Part shown: piece by piece, positions 8,750 through 17,574 of the stretch
Position numbering within the stretch: the stretch's first letter is position 1
Layout: the number at the start of each line of letters is the position of its first letter
Virus record (IMG/VR): IMGVR_UViG_3300026488_000006
Span: 1 to 39,192 of that record
Strand: one strand, 5' to 3'
DNA from: a virus
DNA: 39,192 bases
Program-made: the position numbers and the translations under genes
Notes under the pieces: generated by a model
What the model was told of the DNA's origin: nothing
The model's database searches: none
Seen by the model: only the letters and a program-made list of their open reading frames with translations

Positions 8750-9313
8750 TCAAAGAAAAGGTTGGCGAATGTAAAGGTAGTGGAGCTCGGCTCCTTTATG
8801 AGCCCCAGCGCCAGACTCATTGGCTCCATCCCAACCGAGAATTTGCCTCAGCTTCTCGGAGTCGCCCCAAATGCCCTCGTTCAGAGCCACAGTTCGTATC
8901 TCGGAGGCCTTCTTCAATAGCTTGTCGAACGAGATGTTGCGCTCGCAGACGTGGAGCACGATTTCGCCACCGGCGACCCTTCTGAACTCAACGACCCTCG
9001 GCTCGTTGCTTCTGTCTTGTAGTAAATACTTGCGGTACACCTTGCCATCCTTGGTGAGCTCGATGCAACACTTGTGCCCCCACTGGTATTCGTCGAGCAC
9101 GTACTCTTCAATCCTCGCGTCGTCAGTCTCGTACTGGTTCCAGAACCTTACTAAAGACTCTGCTTTTTCCCTGTCTGAGAATACGGCCAGTATGCGGTAG
9201 TCTGAATACTCGCCCGCCGTGACCACGTACACTTTCTTAGCCGGCGCTTCATTTCTGTTTAGAACTGGGGTGCCGTTCGCACCCTCCCCGACGAGAACCC
9301 GGTACCCCGGCAT
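8750..9313 (-). CDS. Hypothetical protein (187 aa)
   Basis: ATG at 9313 after GGTGATG; TATA-like TTCTTAAATATT upstream on the minus strand. Confidence 0.5.
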   Translation of the reverse strand: MPGYRVLVGEGANGTPVLNRNEAPAKKVYVVTAGEYSDYRILAVFSDREKAESLVRFWNQYETDDARIEEYVLDEYQWGHKCCIELTKDGKVYRKYLLQDRSNEPRVVEFRRVAGGEIVLHVCERNISFDKLLKKASEIRTVALNEGIWGDSEKLRQILGWDGANESGAGAHKGAELHYLYIRQPFL

Positions 9314-9392
9314 GTGACATCACCAAGTACAACCTGACGTTTGGAATATTTAAGAATTGTCACCAGAATGTAAAGGAAAAGCTTGGCAAACG

Positions 9393-9539
9393 TCAAGAAG
9401 AGGTGCCCGAGTCGAGCTCGTCAATCTTCCGCTTTACCCAAACGCTCGCCTTCCACCAGCCGTAGCTTATCAGCCCGAGCAGGAAAATGTAAAAGAGGCG
9501 CTCGGCGAGGTTGTTTTTTCGCTCCGGTTGCCCCGGCAT
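9393..9539 (-). CDS. Small putative membrane protein (48 aa)
   Basis: Not in the ORF track. RBS GAGGTGG overlaps the upstream stop; ATG at 9539; one hydrophobic helix (LFYIFLLGLISYGWW). Confidence 0.3.
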   Translation of the reverse strand: MPGQPERKNNLAERLFYIFLLGLISYGWWKASVWVKRKIDELDSGTSS

Positions 9540-9549
9540 GCTCGCCACC

Positions 9550-10803
9550 TCACTTGGAGCTTAGTGCCTTCGCCACGCTGACAGCCACGACGGCCCCAAC
9601 GCCGAGCATGATGAAGTTCGCCATCTTGTCCAGGGCTGAGCCACCGCCACCACCGCCTGAGCCACCGCTCGGCTTGGTCGCGTTGGCCACGTCGGTCACG
9701 TGCTTGAGGAGCTCCTGACAGGCGGGGTTGTTCGGGTCGCTACACGCGCTCGTCACGAAGTTGATGTACTGGCTGAAGGCCTCGGCGCGCTTCTTGTCGG
9801 CCTCGGCGTAGATTGCGTCCACCCTGACGACCTTGACCGCGAAGGCGATGGCTATGACTATCACCGCCAGCGCCACGAGGACGTAAACGACCGGCATGAG
9901 CTCCGGCCCGAGCGAGCCCGCCTTGACCACGGGCACGAGCACGGTGTAGGTGCCGTCATGGTTCTTGACGATGTACGGCCCACGGAGCTTCTGCCCGGCG
10001 TAGGTGTACTCGTAGGTCGTGTCAACAACGAACCCCAGGGGCGCCACCATCTTGGCCGTCTCCTGCACGGCCCTGGCCAGCACGTCCTCCATCTTGGGGC
10101 ACTTCTTGATGATGCCCAGCACTTTCTGGCACTCGTCCTCGACCGTCACGGCCAGCACGGCGCGGTTGGAGTTCAGCAATACGCCCGGCGGGGTCATTAG
10201 CGACGCCTGGTAAGCGACCCAGTAGTAGCCACGCGGGATTGTGACCCCGAACTTCTGCTCGAACTCCTGTATTGTCTCCTCGGGCACGCTCGCGTTGGGG
10301 AGCCTCAGCCTGGACAGCATGACGCCGTTCTGCCAGTCGGTCACCTGGTCCTTGAGCTCGCGCTCCGGAGGCTGGTTTGGCCCGGCGTACTTGAAGCCGA
10401 TGACCGTCGAGTAGTCCACGAAGAGCACTGGCACGGCGTCAATGACGTTCACGCAACCCACGTCCGGCACCGGCAACACGGGGCCATGAGCGTTGGGGCT
10501 CTTCTGACCGCACACCTCGTGGCTGAAGTACTGGTACATTGCGAGCCACAGGTTGGGGCTCGTCCAGAGCGCCACGTCCCCATTCTCGCCGTGGATGGTT
10601 TTCTTTTTCCAGCTCGGCTTGGCCTCGGGAATCTCGCCGGTCTCAACGTCGAACGGTACGTATGTGGCCCGGTAAGTGCCCTGCCACGCTCCCCGTGCGA
10701 GGAGCACCCAGAGCGCGTAGGTCAGCTTGTCCATCGGCTTTGATGGGTCAACCGGCGTCAGCCCGACCGCCTCGACGTAGCTCATCCTGTCCTTGTAGCT
10801 CAT
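9550..10803 (-). CDS. Putative membrane-anchored virion/envelope protein (417 aa)
   Basis: RBS GAGGTGA before ATG; internal hydrophobic helix; Gly-rich linker (SGGSGGGGGGS) followed by a C-terminal transmembrane anchor. Confidence 0.6.
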   Translation of the reverse strand: MSYKDRMSYVEAVGLTPVDPSKPMDKLTYALWVLLARGAWQGTYRATYVPFDVETGEIPEAKPSWKKKTIHGENGDVALWTSPNLWLAMYQYFSHEVCGQKSPNAHGPVLPVPDVGCVNVIDAVPVLFVDYSTVIGFKYAGPNQPPERELKDQVTDWQNGVMLSRLRLPNASVPEETIQEFEQKFGVTIPRGYYWVAYQASLMTPPGVLLNSNRAVLAVTVEDECQKVLGIIKKCPKMEDVLARAVQETAKMVAPLGFVVDTTYEYTYAGQKLRGPYIVKNHDGTYTVLVPVVKAGSLGPELMPVVYVLVALAVIVIAIAFAVKVVRVDAIYAEADKKRAEAFSQYINFVTSACSDPNNPACQELLKHVTDVANATKPSGGSGGGGGGSALDKMANFIMLGVGAVVAVSVAKALSSK

Positions 10804-10818
10804 CTCTCGTCACCTCGG

Positions 10819-11682
10819 TTATTCCTTGTGGGTGGCCTTCGCGAGGGCGTAGGCCGTCACCAACCCGGCTCCAAGGAGCGCGAGGCCGGCTAAACTATTT
10901 TTTTCCTCCGTCGTGTTGACCCCGGGGCCGGGCCCCGGCCCGGGCCCCTCTGCCGGCTTTATCTCGACAGTTATTGTATTCTGGTAGGCGAGCCGGTCAT
11001 CGACATAAACTTTCACGACTGCCTGTATCGTCCCCTTTGCGTTCTTTGGTATTTGGATGGGTAGGTTAAAGCGGGCTCCATAGGCGCCCTTTGTCGTCAC
11101 CGGGCCGGACTTCACGGTTCCAAACGGCGTGTCCATCTCGGCGAGGAACTTGTGGGTGTTGTAGTCATTCAGCACGCGGGCGTTCACAGTGACGGTTAGG
11201 GTTCCACCCGCCTTGACGGAGCTCGGCGCATTTATGCTCACGTCAACCTTTGGTAGCTGGTACTCGCCTGCCTTGACCTTTGCGCTGGCTATTAGTGTCC
11301 CGCTCGGCACGTCGGCAGGGCTGGCGAAAGCAACGATGGTAACGCCTTCCTCCGGCATCGTTATGTAGCCAACGGTCGCGATTTGGCACTTGTTTAGCTT
11401 AACGGCGCCGAGCTTTGTCCCCTTCTTGTTGCTCGCCGTGATGTAAGCATCCGGCCCTGTCCCCTTAGCGTACCAAACCTCAATGGTCACCGGGAAACTC
11501 TTCCAAATGGCCCAGTCCGGCACGCCGACGATAACCGGCACCTTCTGCCCCGGAGGTGCCGAGGCTGGCACATTGAGTATCTCTTCGGGGCACGGCTGGG
11601 GGGTCGGTTCGGGGCCGGCCTGGCTAACGTTCACCCCAAAGGACTTGGTATCAACAACGTGCCACTCCGCCATCTCCATCAC
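10819..11682 (-). CDS. Putative surface protein (about 285 aa) with C-terminal TM anchor
   Basis: N-terminus MAEWHVVDTKSFGVNV is paralogous to the N-terminus of 12185..12496; PGPGPGPG linker then hydrophobic anchor. True start is probably the third ATG (about 11673). Confidence 0.6.
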   Translation of the reverse strand: MMEMAEWHVVDTKSFGVNVSQAGPEPTPQPCPEEILNVPASAPPGQKVPVIVGVPDWAIWKSFPVTIEVWYAKGTGPDAYITASNKKGTKLGAVKLNKCQIATVGYITMPEEGVTIVAFASPADVPSGTLIASAKVKAGEYQLPKVDVSINAPSSVKAGGTLTVTVNARVLNDYNTHKFLAEMDTPFGTVKSGPVTTKGAYGARFNLPIQIPKNAKGTIQAVVKVYVDDRLAYQNTITVEIKPAEGPGPGPGPGVNTTEEKNSLAGLALLGAGLVTAYALAKATHKE

Positions 11683-11686
11683 CCCC

Positions 11687-12136
11687 TCAACTAAGCAATA
11701 ACAACATGGCGCCGGCGATTAGCCACCAGGGAACGTTCCCTTCCTCCTGAGCTTCCGCCTGGGCCGTTGCCCCCTGTTTGGCGGTGGGCCCGAGGATGGT
11801 CACCGCGAACGTCGCCGTGCCGAGTAGGCGCCCGTACTTGTCCCTTACTTCGAGGGTAAACGTTCTCTTACCGCCCGGGACTGTTCCCTTACACGCAATT
11901 GGATACCCTGTCACCGTGCGTCCGGGAACGACCGTGCACCCCGGCACTTGGACTGCTAAACGGACGATGGTTGGTGGCTGGAGGTCCCTTATCGGGCCCG
12001 CGCGCCACTCGTAGCCCATGCCCTTCAACACGAGGACTGCGTCGAAGGGTACGGGCGCGCCCTTAATCTTGACCCAAACTGTCATGACTTCGCCCGGCCT
12101 ATAAATCTGCTTCTCGGGTATGGCTTCAACTTCCAC
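11687..12136 (-). CDS. Putative membrane-anchored protein (149 aa)
   Basis: RBS AAGGAGGTGAT before GTG start; C-terminal hydrophobic anchor (VPWWLIAGAMLLLLS). Confidence 0.55.
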   Translation of the reverse strand: MEVEAIPEKQIYRPGEVMTVWVKIKGAPVPFDAVLVLKGMGYEWRAGPIRDLQPPTIVRLAVQVPGCTVVPGRTVTGYPIACKGTVPGGKRTFTLEVRDKYGRLLGTATFAVTILGPTAKQGATAQAEAQEEGNVPWWLIAGAMLLLLS

Positions 12137-12184
12137 AGAGCATCACCTCCTTGCGTGCCGGGGTGCACGGCTCCGCACCCCGGC

Positions 12185-12496
12185 TCAGTAGTAGGCGCTC
12201 AGCGTCACGGTTCCGGTGTAGTACCCCGGCTTGGACGGTGCCGTAAGGTCGAAAGTCAGCTCGACTTTTTGCCCGGCCCTGTATGCTGTCCCGTTCTGTG
12301 AGTATGTCTTGCCGAAGATGTTTATGGTGGCGCTGACTGGCACCGGCCTGTCGGTCGGTATCGCCCACACCGTCACCGTAAACTTCTCCCCGGCGCGCAC
12401 TTCCTTCGGGACGCTTACACCCCATTTTATGTTTGGCGCGGGCATCTGGACGTTCACCCCGAAAGTTTTTTGCCCAACAACGTGCCACGTTGCCAT
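12185..12496 (-). CDS. Hypothetical beta-rich protein (103 aa), paralog of the N-terminal domain of 10819..11682
   Basis: RBS AAGGAGGTGGTG before ATG; shared N-terminal motif MATWHVVGQKTFGVNV. Confidence 0.55.
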   Translation of the reverse strand: MATWHVVGQKTFGVNVQMPAPNIKWGVSVPKEVRAGEKFTVTVWAIPTDRPVPVSATINIFGKTYSQNGTAYRAGQKVELTFDLTAPSKPGYYTGTVTLSAYY

Positions 12497-12538
12497 TCCA
12501 CACCACCTCCTTCCTTTTTGTCGTTATGATTTTAACCC

Positions 12539-12850
12539 TTATTTGAGCGCCTGGATTAGATACTCAATGAGCGTGATAATTGCCCCTAAAACTGAAATTG
12601 CGCCCCACAAGCGGTTCCTATCCCGTTCGAGGCGCCGGATGCGCTCCTCGTGGTCTTTGAACTTTTCGTCGTGCTCGCTTTTGATTTCCCCAATCATCCG
12701 GGCCACAGAGTCGTTGTTCTCATCTATCTTCCTGCTGAGTTGCGTTAGCATTTCTTTCACCCACTCCATATCCGTGGACAACTTTGCCATAGCAACGGCG
12801 AGCCCTTCCTTCGATAGCAAGCTGGCGTCATAATTGGTTTTGTCATCCAC
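12539..12850 (-). CDS. Coiled-coil protein with C-terminal TM helix (103 aa)
   Basis: RBS GGGGGGTGA before GTG start; heptad-like charged region; hydrophobic C-terminus. Confidence 0.5.
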   Translation of the reverse strand: MDDKTNYDASLLSKEGLAVAMAKLSTDMEWVKEMLTQLSRKIDENNDSVARMIGEIKSEHDEKFKDHEERIRRLERDRNRLWGAISVLGAIITLIEYLIQALK

Positions 12851-12864
12851 CCCATCACCCCCCG

Positions 12865-13155
12865 TTAATCCCAGTCTTCCATTTCAGACCGCTTGTCATT
12901 AACGAGGACCTTATGGAGGGCATCATGGAGCTGGGCAACGTCCAACTTGAGCGCCTCAACGTCGCCAACAAGCTTCCGCACTTGTTCCTTCAGGAGCCTA
13001 ACGTCTTCTTCGAGGTCTCTGATGGACTTTTCCAACGCGGTGACGCGCTCCTCCTTAACGGCCCTTCCTGTTTTTTCCATTAACCACTTTGCCCCAATGA
13101 GGGCGAGCGCCCCACCGGCCAACGTTGACACGAAAGCGCCGAGGTCAAACGCCAT
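12865..13155 (-). CDS. Small membrane protein with N-terminal TM helix and coiled coil (96 aa)
   Basis: RBS GAGGTGAAGGAG before ATG; N-terminal hydrophobic segment. Confidence 0.5.
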   Translation of the reverse strand: MAFDLGAFVSTLAGGALALIGAKWLMEKTGRAVKEERVTALEKSIRDLEEDVRLLKEQVRKLVGDVEALKLDVAQLHDALHKVLVNDKRSEMEDWD

Positions 13156-13519
13156 GCTCCTTCACCTCGATGGTGTACTTGTGGGCGAGCCACCCGTGCC
13201 TTACCGTGATTGACACGCGCCTCGCGTTGCACTTCATAGCGGTGACCCACACCGTGGTTTTCTTGGAGACCTCCAGCTCGATTGAGCCGGAGCCCCTGAC
13301 CTGAGAGCTCCCCTCCACCAGCACTATGAAGTCTGAGCCCGGTACTTCTATCTTGACCTTCACGGGCGTGAAGTACGGCTCAATCTGGGCGCCGAAGATT
13401 ATCGCACCGCTCTGGCTCTTGATTAGCTTTCCGTCGTCGAGCCCGAGCAATGTGACGCTCGCCGGCCCCTTGCCAAGGATGAAATATAGGATTTGGCGGA
13501 GGAGCTCACGCCACCGCAT
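13145..13519 (-). CDS. Hypothetical protein (124 aa)
   Basis: ORF tiled in operon; RBS weak. Confidence 0.45.
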   Translation of the reverse strand: MRWRELLRQILYFILGKGPASVTLLGLDDGKLIKSQSGAIIFGAQIEPYFTPVKVKIEVPGSDFIVLVEGSSQVRGSGSIELEVSKKTTVWVTAMKCNARRVSITVRHGWLAHKYTIEVKEHGV

Positions 13520-13525
13520 ACCGCA

Positions 13526-13996
13526 TCACGGGAATGTTATTGTGACGTAGATGTCGAGCAAGATGGTGTTGTCCTTCGTTATGGCGGGGTCAATGTTCAC
13601 GTGGTTGATGAGCGTGCCGGTGGTGTAGTCGTTGCCGTCCGTGTGCTCATAGATGCCCGCCTCGGTATAGGTGTAGCCGTTCGCCTCCTCGGGCATGTAG
13701 CGGACGTAGTACTGCACCGTGTTGTTGCTGACCGTCAGCTGTCCGGTCTTGGCAGTCGAGGCGACAGGCTGGAAGAGGCCGGTGTCGCTCTCGCTGGGCG
13801 TCCCGGAGCCGGTACCGAGGACCAGCATCCAGTTTGAGGAGCCCTGGCTGTTGCCCCACGCCTGCGCCAGTAACTTCTTGAACTCCGTCGTTAGGACGTT
13901 CTTGCGCTCCACCTCGTCCAACACGGCGCCCGTGCGGGCGTCCCTTATGACGAACTTCCAAACGGCCTTGGCTGTGGCGGTTTCCCCAACCTTCAC
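13526..13996 (-). CDS. Putative structural protein (156 aa), paralog A of an adjacent pair
   Basis: RBS AAGGAGGTGAT before GTG; shares motifs with 14009..14713 (VLGTGSGTP.SD.TGLF, RYMPEE.NG.T.TE.G.YE, KD.T..D.YV.I). Confidence 0.6.
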   Translation of the reverse strand: MKVGETATAKAVWKFVIRDARTGAVLDEVERKNVLTTEFKKLLAQAWGNSQGSSNWMLVLGTGSGTPSESDTGLFQPVASTAKTGQLTVSNNTVQYYVRYMPEEANGYTYTEAGIYEHTDGNDYTTGTLINHVNIDPAITKDNTILLDIYVTITFP

Positions 13997-14008
13997 GTTA
14001 TCACCTCC

Positions 14009-14713
14009 TTAAACTTGGTTCACGTAAATGCTTACGTACACGTCAATCATCTTCGTGTCGTCCTTCTCAATCGGGGACGGCAACATAGCGTGCTCGAAGA
14101 GCTGGCCGTTCTGGTACTCCTGTGGCGGGATGTAGTGGTGCTCATAGACCGGGTTCCCGCCGACGGTCGGCGTGTAGCTGTACCAGTGGAACGGGATGTT
14201 CTCATAGACGCCGACCTCCGTAATGGTTTGACCATTGAGCTCCTCGGGCATGTAGCGGGCCCAGTAGCGCCAGCCGTTGCTCAGCTGTTCGAGCTTTGCG
14301 TCGGCGCCCCACGGCAGGGGTGTGATGACGAGCCTCTCGCCGACCTTCTCGTTCTGGTTGTTGTAGATGTCCTCAACGGAAATGCTGAGGCCGTCTTGAC
14401 CCTCGCCACGGGCCGATGCGTTGATGGGGTTGAACAGTCCGGTGTCGCTCACGTCCGGCGTCCCGGAGCCGGTGCCGAGGACGATTGCCCACTGCGGGCG
14501 CCTGTAAAGGGAGATGTCGTTCGGGCACTGATACGTCTCGTCGGGCTTCTTGTACTCCGCGACGAACTTGCCGGTGAGCCAAGCCTGCTGGAGTAGGGCG
14601 ATGCCGGCCGAGGTGATAACGTTGTCCGTCTCCACCTTCCAGCGCTCGCCGGTCTCAACGTCCGTGACCACGACCATCACGTGCCCCTTGATAATGGCGC
14701 CGTTAAGTTTCAT
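14009..14713 (-). CDS. Putative structural protein (234 aa), paralog B of an adjacent pair
   Basis: RBS GGGGGTGGTTGA before ATG; conserved blocks shared with 13526..13996. Confidence 0.6.
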   Translation of the reverse strand: MKLNGAIIKGHVMVVVTDVETGERWKVETDNVITSAGIALLQQAWLTGKFVAEYKKPDETYQCPNDISLYRRPQWAIVLGTGSGTPDVSDTGLFNPINASARGEGQDGLSISVEDIYNNQNEKVGERLVITPLPWGADAKLEQLSNGWRYWARYMPEELNGQTITEVGVYENIPFHWYSYTPTVGGNPVYEHHYIPPQEYQNGQLFEHAMLPSPIEKDDTKMIDVYVSIYVNQV

Positions 14714-15348
14714 TCAACCACCCCCAGCTCCTTAAGGATGTCTGATAGGGTTTTAACCCGTCTGACCAATCCGATGCCCTTTATTCTGTGACGTATCATC
14801 CAGATGTTGATGAGGCGAGATTTTGTTTCTGGTGGGAGCTGTCCGAGTGTCGTTGTGGTGGGCACGGATTTTCCAATTTTTCTTGCTATTCTTTGTGACG
14901 CTTTGGCCCCGAGTATTTTCTCCCCGTTGATATAAACCCCCTCTGTGCGCAGTTCTACCTTCGAGAAGTCGTCAGGTATGTCGTCTATGCTGAATGGGTC
15001 ATTTGGGTCGTTGTGTTTTAGCATCAAGCTGGTTTGGAACAATACATCGTCGCGAGGGAAGATGTATTGTTCTTCGTTTGGAAGGAGTTCGAGTATTGCC
15101 CGGTCAATATTCTTTATGCCTTCTATGACTTCGACCCCGGGAACATTGCGGTACTGTTCAATATCCCTGTCGTCAACTACGAGACGTATCTCGTAGCCGT
15201 CTTCGAGGTTCTGCACTAATGTGTAGAGGCCGGGGTCTCTTGGATTGATGCCACCTGCCCTTTCTCCTGTTTGGAAGTTCACTTTTATTTTCAGGGCCAC
15301 ATATCTTTTTAAGTTGCGTAAGTCATTCAACAACACCACCTCCTTCAC
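14710..15348 (-). CDS. Hypothetical protein (about 205-212 aa)
   Basis: Start codon ambiguous: RBS AGGAGGTGGTG lies inside the track N-terminus, so the true start may be a TTG near 15330. Lower-GC sequence. Confidence 0.5.
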   Translation of the reverse strand: MKEVVLLNDLRNLKRYVALKIKVNFQTGERAGGINPRDPGLYTLVQNLEDGYEIRLVVDDRDIEQYRNVPGVEVIEGIKNIDRAILELLPNEEQYIFPRDDVLFQTSLMLKHNDPNDPFSIDDIPDDFSKVELRTEGVYINGEKILGAKASQRIARKIGKSVPTTTTLGQLPPETKSRLINIWMIRHRIKGIGLVRRVKTLSDILKELGVVE

Positions 15349-16835
15349 TTACCGCCTATTCCTTGAGTGTCTGACCCAGGAGCTCCGCCTGATTTAACTA
15401 TACTAAAGTCTGAGGGGGACAGTTGGTATAATCTACCGGAGTTATCAGAGTACCAGATAATTTCGGGGCTACCACCTATACCGCGAGGCGTGGATGTGGG
15501 CGCAGATGCGTTGCGTATTATACTAAAATCGTCAGGGGATAGTTCGTATATTGTTGAGGAACGCTGTCCTTTGACAGTCCACACTGTTGAATAATCACCC
15601 CCTGCTCCACCAAGGTAAGATGTTAAACTTTTACTCCTTAGGATAGATAAATCTTGAGTTGATACTTCGTACACATTGCCATTGTTCCAATTGGAGGCCC
15701 AAAATGTGTTGTCATCTCCTCCGGCGCCGGACATACCAATGTATGAGCTACTAAGATGGTTACTGCGCGTCAAGCTGAGGTCTTGGGGTGAAATTTCGCA
15801 AAGATAAGCAAGACCACTGGCAAACCAAATGACATCTTTGTTACCACCTATTCCTTGTGGGTAGGCATAGGGACTGGGTGTTGACCTGACTACTGAAAAA
15901 TCGTTGGGTGAGAGTTCATATATTGTATCATTTCCATCGTCAACGTGCCACACTACGTGTTGGACAACTGGTTCTGTTGAGACCGAGATTGAGTCCACGC
16001 TCGCCTGCTCCTCGGCCAGCGTGCTGAGGGCGCCCTTCTGGTACAGCAACCTGTCGCTGGCGTACACTGAGTTGGCGAAGGCCCTAATGACCAGCGTCTC
16101 CCCGCCCTGCGGAACGTAACCGACAGGTATGTCCTCACTGGCCTGTACTTCGCTTATATCGTAGCTCTCGGCTTCGGAGAAGGTAGCTGATACACCGCCA
16201 TCCACGACCCCAACTTCGCTGACCGAGGAGGTCACGAGGGAAGCAACGTTGTGCGAGCTGGAATCGTTGGTCTCTGCAAGCTCGTCGAACACGAGTTTGA
16301 TGACTTGGGCTTGGTTTATGAGAACGTTTTCCTGTGCGCTAACGGTCTCAATGAGGGTGGGGGTGAGTATTTGGCCGGCCCATACTTCCACATTGGCCTC
16401 GTCGAGGAGGCGCTCGTTTATGGAGGATGTTACACGGTCGGCCGTTTTTGTTGCAACGGAGTCAGTGGCCCCTTGAGTGTCGCCGGCCGTCCGATATTTT
16501 CTCAGCTTGGTATCATAACTTAGGCCGTCGGTGCTGGCCTGCTCCTCGGTCAGTGGCCTGATGACCAGCGGTCTCTCGACTGCCGTCGCGCTGTCGTTAA
16601 TCAGGTACTCAAGCTCCCTTGCCACCACCTCGTCGGCTATTACGGCGATGGCGTCCTCCGGGACGGCGGTTCTTTCTCTGACCGTGTATGCGTACCTGCC
16701 GTGGATTATCACGAGCGTGGTGTCTCCGCTGTGGTGGACCTCGGCCTCGACGGCCTCGCTGAGTAGGTCAATTAACTTCCTCGGCCCGAATCTTGTACTG
16801 CCGACCTTCAGCACCGACGGCCAGCGCCTCCTCAT
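15345..16835 (-). CDS. Repeat-containing protein (496 aa) with beta-propeller-like C-terminal repeats; candidate receptor-binding protein
   Basis: RBS GGGTGGGGTGAAGT before ATG; at least 5 repeats of about 45 aa in the C-terminal half (pattern IYELSP.DFS..RS ... GIGG ... W); AT-richer than neighbours. Confidence 0.6.
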   Translation of the reverse strand: MRRRWPSVLKVGSTRFGPRKLIDLLSEAVEAEVHHSGDTTLVIIHGRYAYTVRERTAVPEDAIAVIADEVVARELEYLINDSATAVERPLVIRPLTEEQASTDGLSYDTKLRKYRTAGDTQGATDSVATKTADRVTSSINERLLDEANVEVWAGQILTPTLIETVSAQENVLINQAQVIKLVFDELAETNDSSSHNVASLVTSSVSEVGVVDGGVSATFSEAESYDISEVQASEDIPVGYVPQGGETLVIRAFANSVYASDRLLYQKGALSTLAEEQASVDSISVSTEPVVQHVVWHVDDGNDTIYELSPNDFSVVRSTPSPYAYPQGIGGNKDVIWFASGLAYLCEISPQDLSLTRSNHLSSSYIGMSGAGGDDNTFWASNWNNGNVYEVSTQDLSILRSKSLTSYLGGAGGDYSTVWTVKGQRSSTIYELSPDDFSIIRNASAPTSTPRGIGGSPEIIWYSDNSGRLYQLSPSDFSIVKSGGAPGSDTQGIGGK

Positions 16836-16838
16836 ACT

Positions 16839-17150
16839 TCACCCCACCCACATGACGTAAATCTTCTGTGCGTTTTGCCCGCTGACAACGTAAACCTTTC
16901 CGAGGTTGTCAATCACGATGTCCACGCTCTCACCGGGGTCGAGGGCGAACCCGGTCCCGGTACTAACCGAGTCGTCGAAGCCGATGTAAACGGCGTCCGT
17001 GTTGGCCTTGTCGGCCTTGATGGTGACCATCTTCACCTCCAGCGCCCCGAGGGCGGTCGGCGTCGTGCTGACTGTGAACTGAAAGGTCCCGCCCTTCGAG
17101 GGCGAGCCCAGGAGGTCTTTCATTGCGCGGTAGCTAATCATGGCGACCAC
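16839..17150 (-). CDS. Small beta-rich hypothetical protein (103 aa)
   Basis: ORF tiled in operon; stop overlaps the RBS of the next gene. Confidence 0.5.
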   Translation of the reverse strand: MVAMISYRAMKDLLGSPSKGGTFQFTVSTTPTALGALEVKMVTIKADKANTDAVYIGFDDSVSTGTGFALDPGESVDIVIDNLGKVYVVSGQNAQKIYVMWVG

Positions 17151-17563
17151 CTCACCTGTCTGCCCCCAACCTCAAGGGTCGCCACCACGTTGGAGCTTGG
17201 GCTTTGGTTCACCTTGACGTAGAGCGCGAGTGCTTTAAGGCCAGTTAGGGCTCCAAAGTCCGAGGCGTCAAGGAGGAGTGTGCCGGTGGTGTTCTTAGCC
17301 AGCAGGGGCGTGCCACCCTCGTCCGTCGTGGCTATGACGTTGCCCTCTGTACCGTCTGGGAGGGTAATACGCACATACGAGACATCGAGTAGGTAGCCGT
17401 CATCAGGCTCGAAGGTGGCGGTAAACTCTGACCCCACCGGTGAGCCGGCTGGTATAGTCAGCTCGACCTTAGAACCCTTTGGTATTGGCTTGTAGGAGCT
17501 GAAGGTCGGCCCAAGCGCCCGCTTGAGTCGGTCATAATCAACACCTATCGAGCGCCCAAGCAT
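17138..17563 (-). CDS. Hypothetical protein (141 aa)
   Basis: ORF tiled in operon. Confidence 0.5.
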   Translation of the reverse strand: MLGRSIGVDYDRLKRALGPTFSSYKPIPKGSKVELTIPAGSPVGSEFTATFEPDDGYLLDVSYVRITLPDGTEGNVIATTDEGGTPLLAKNTTGTLLLDASDFGALTGLKALALYVKVNQSPSSNVVATLEVGGRQVRWSP

Positions 17564-17574
17564 TGCTCATCACC

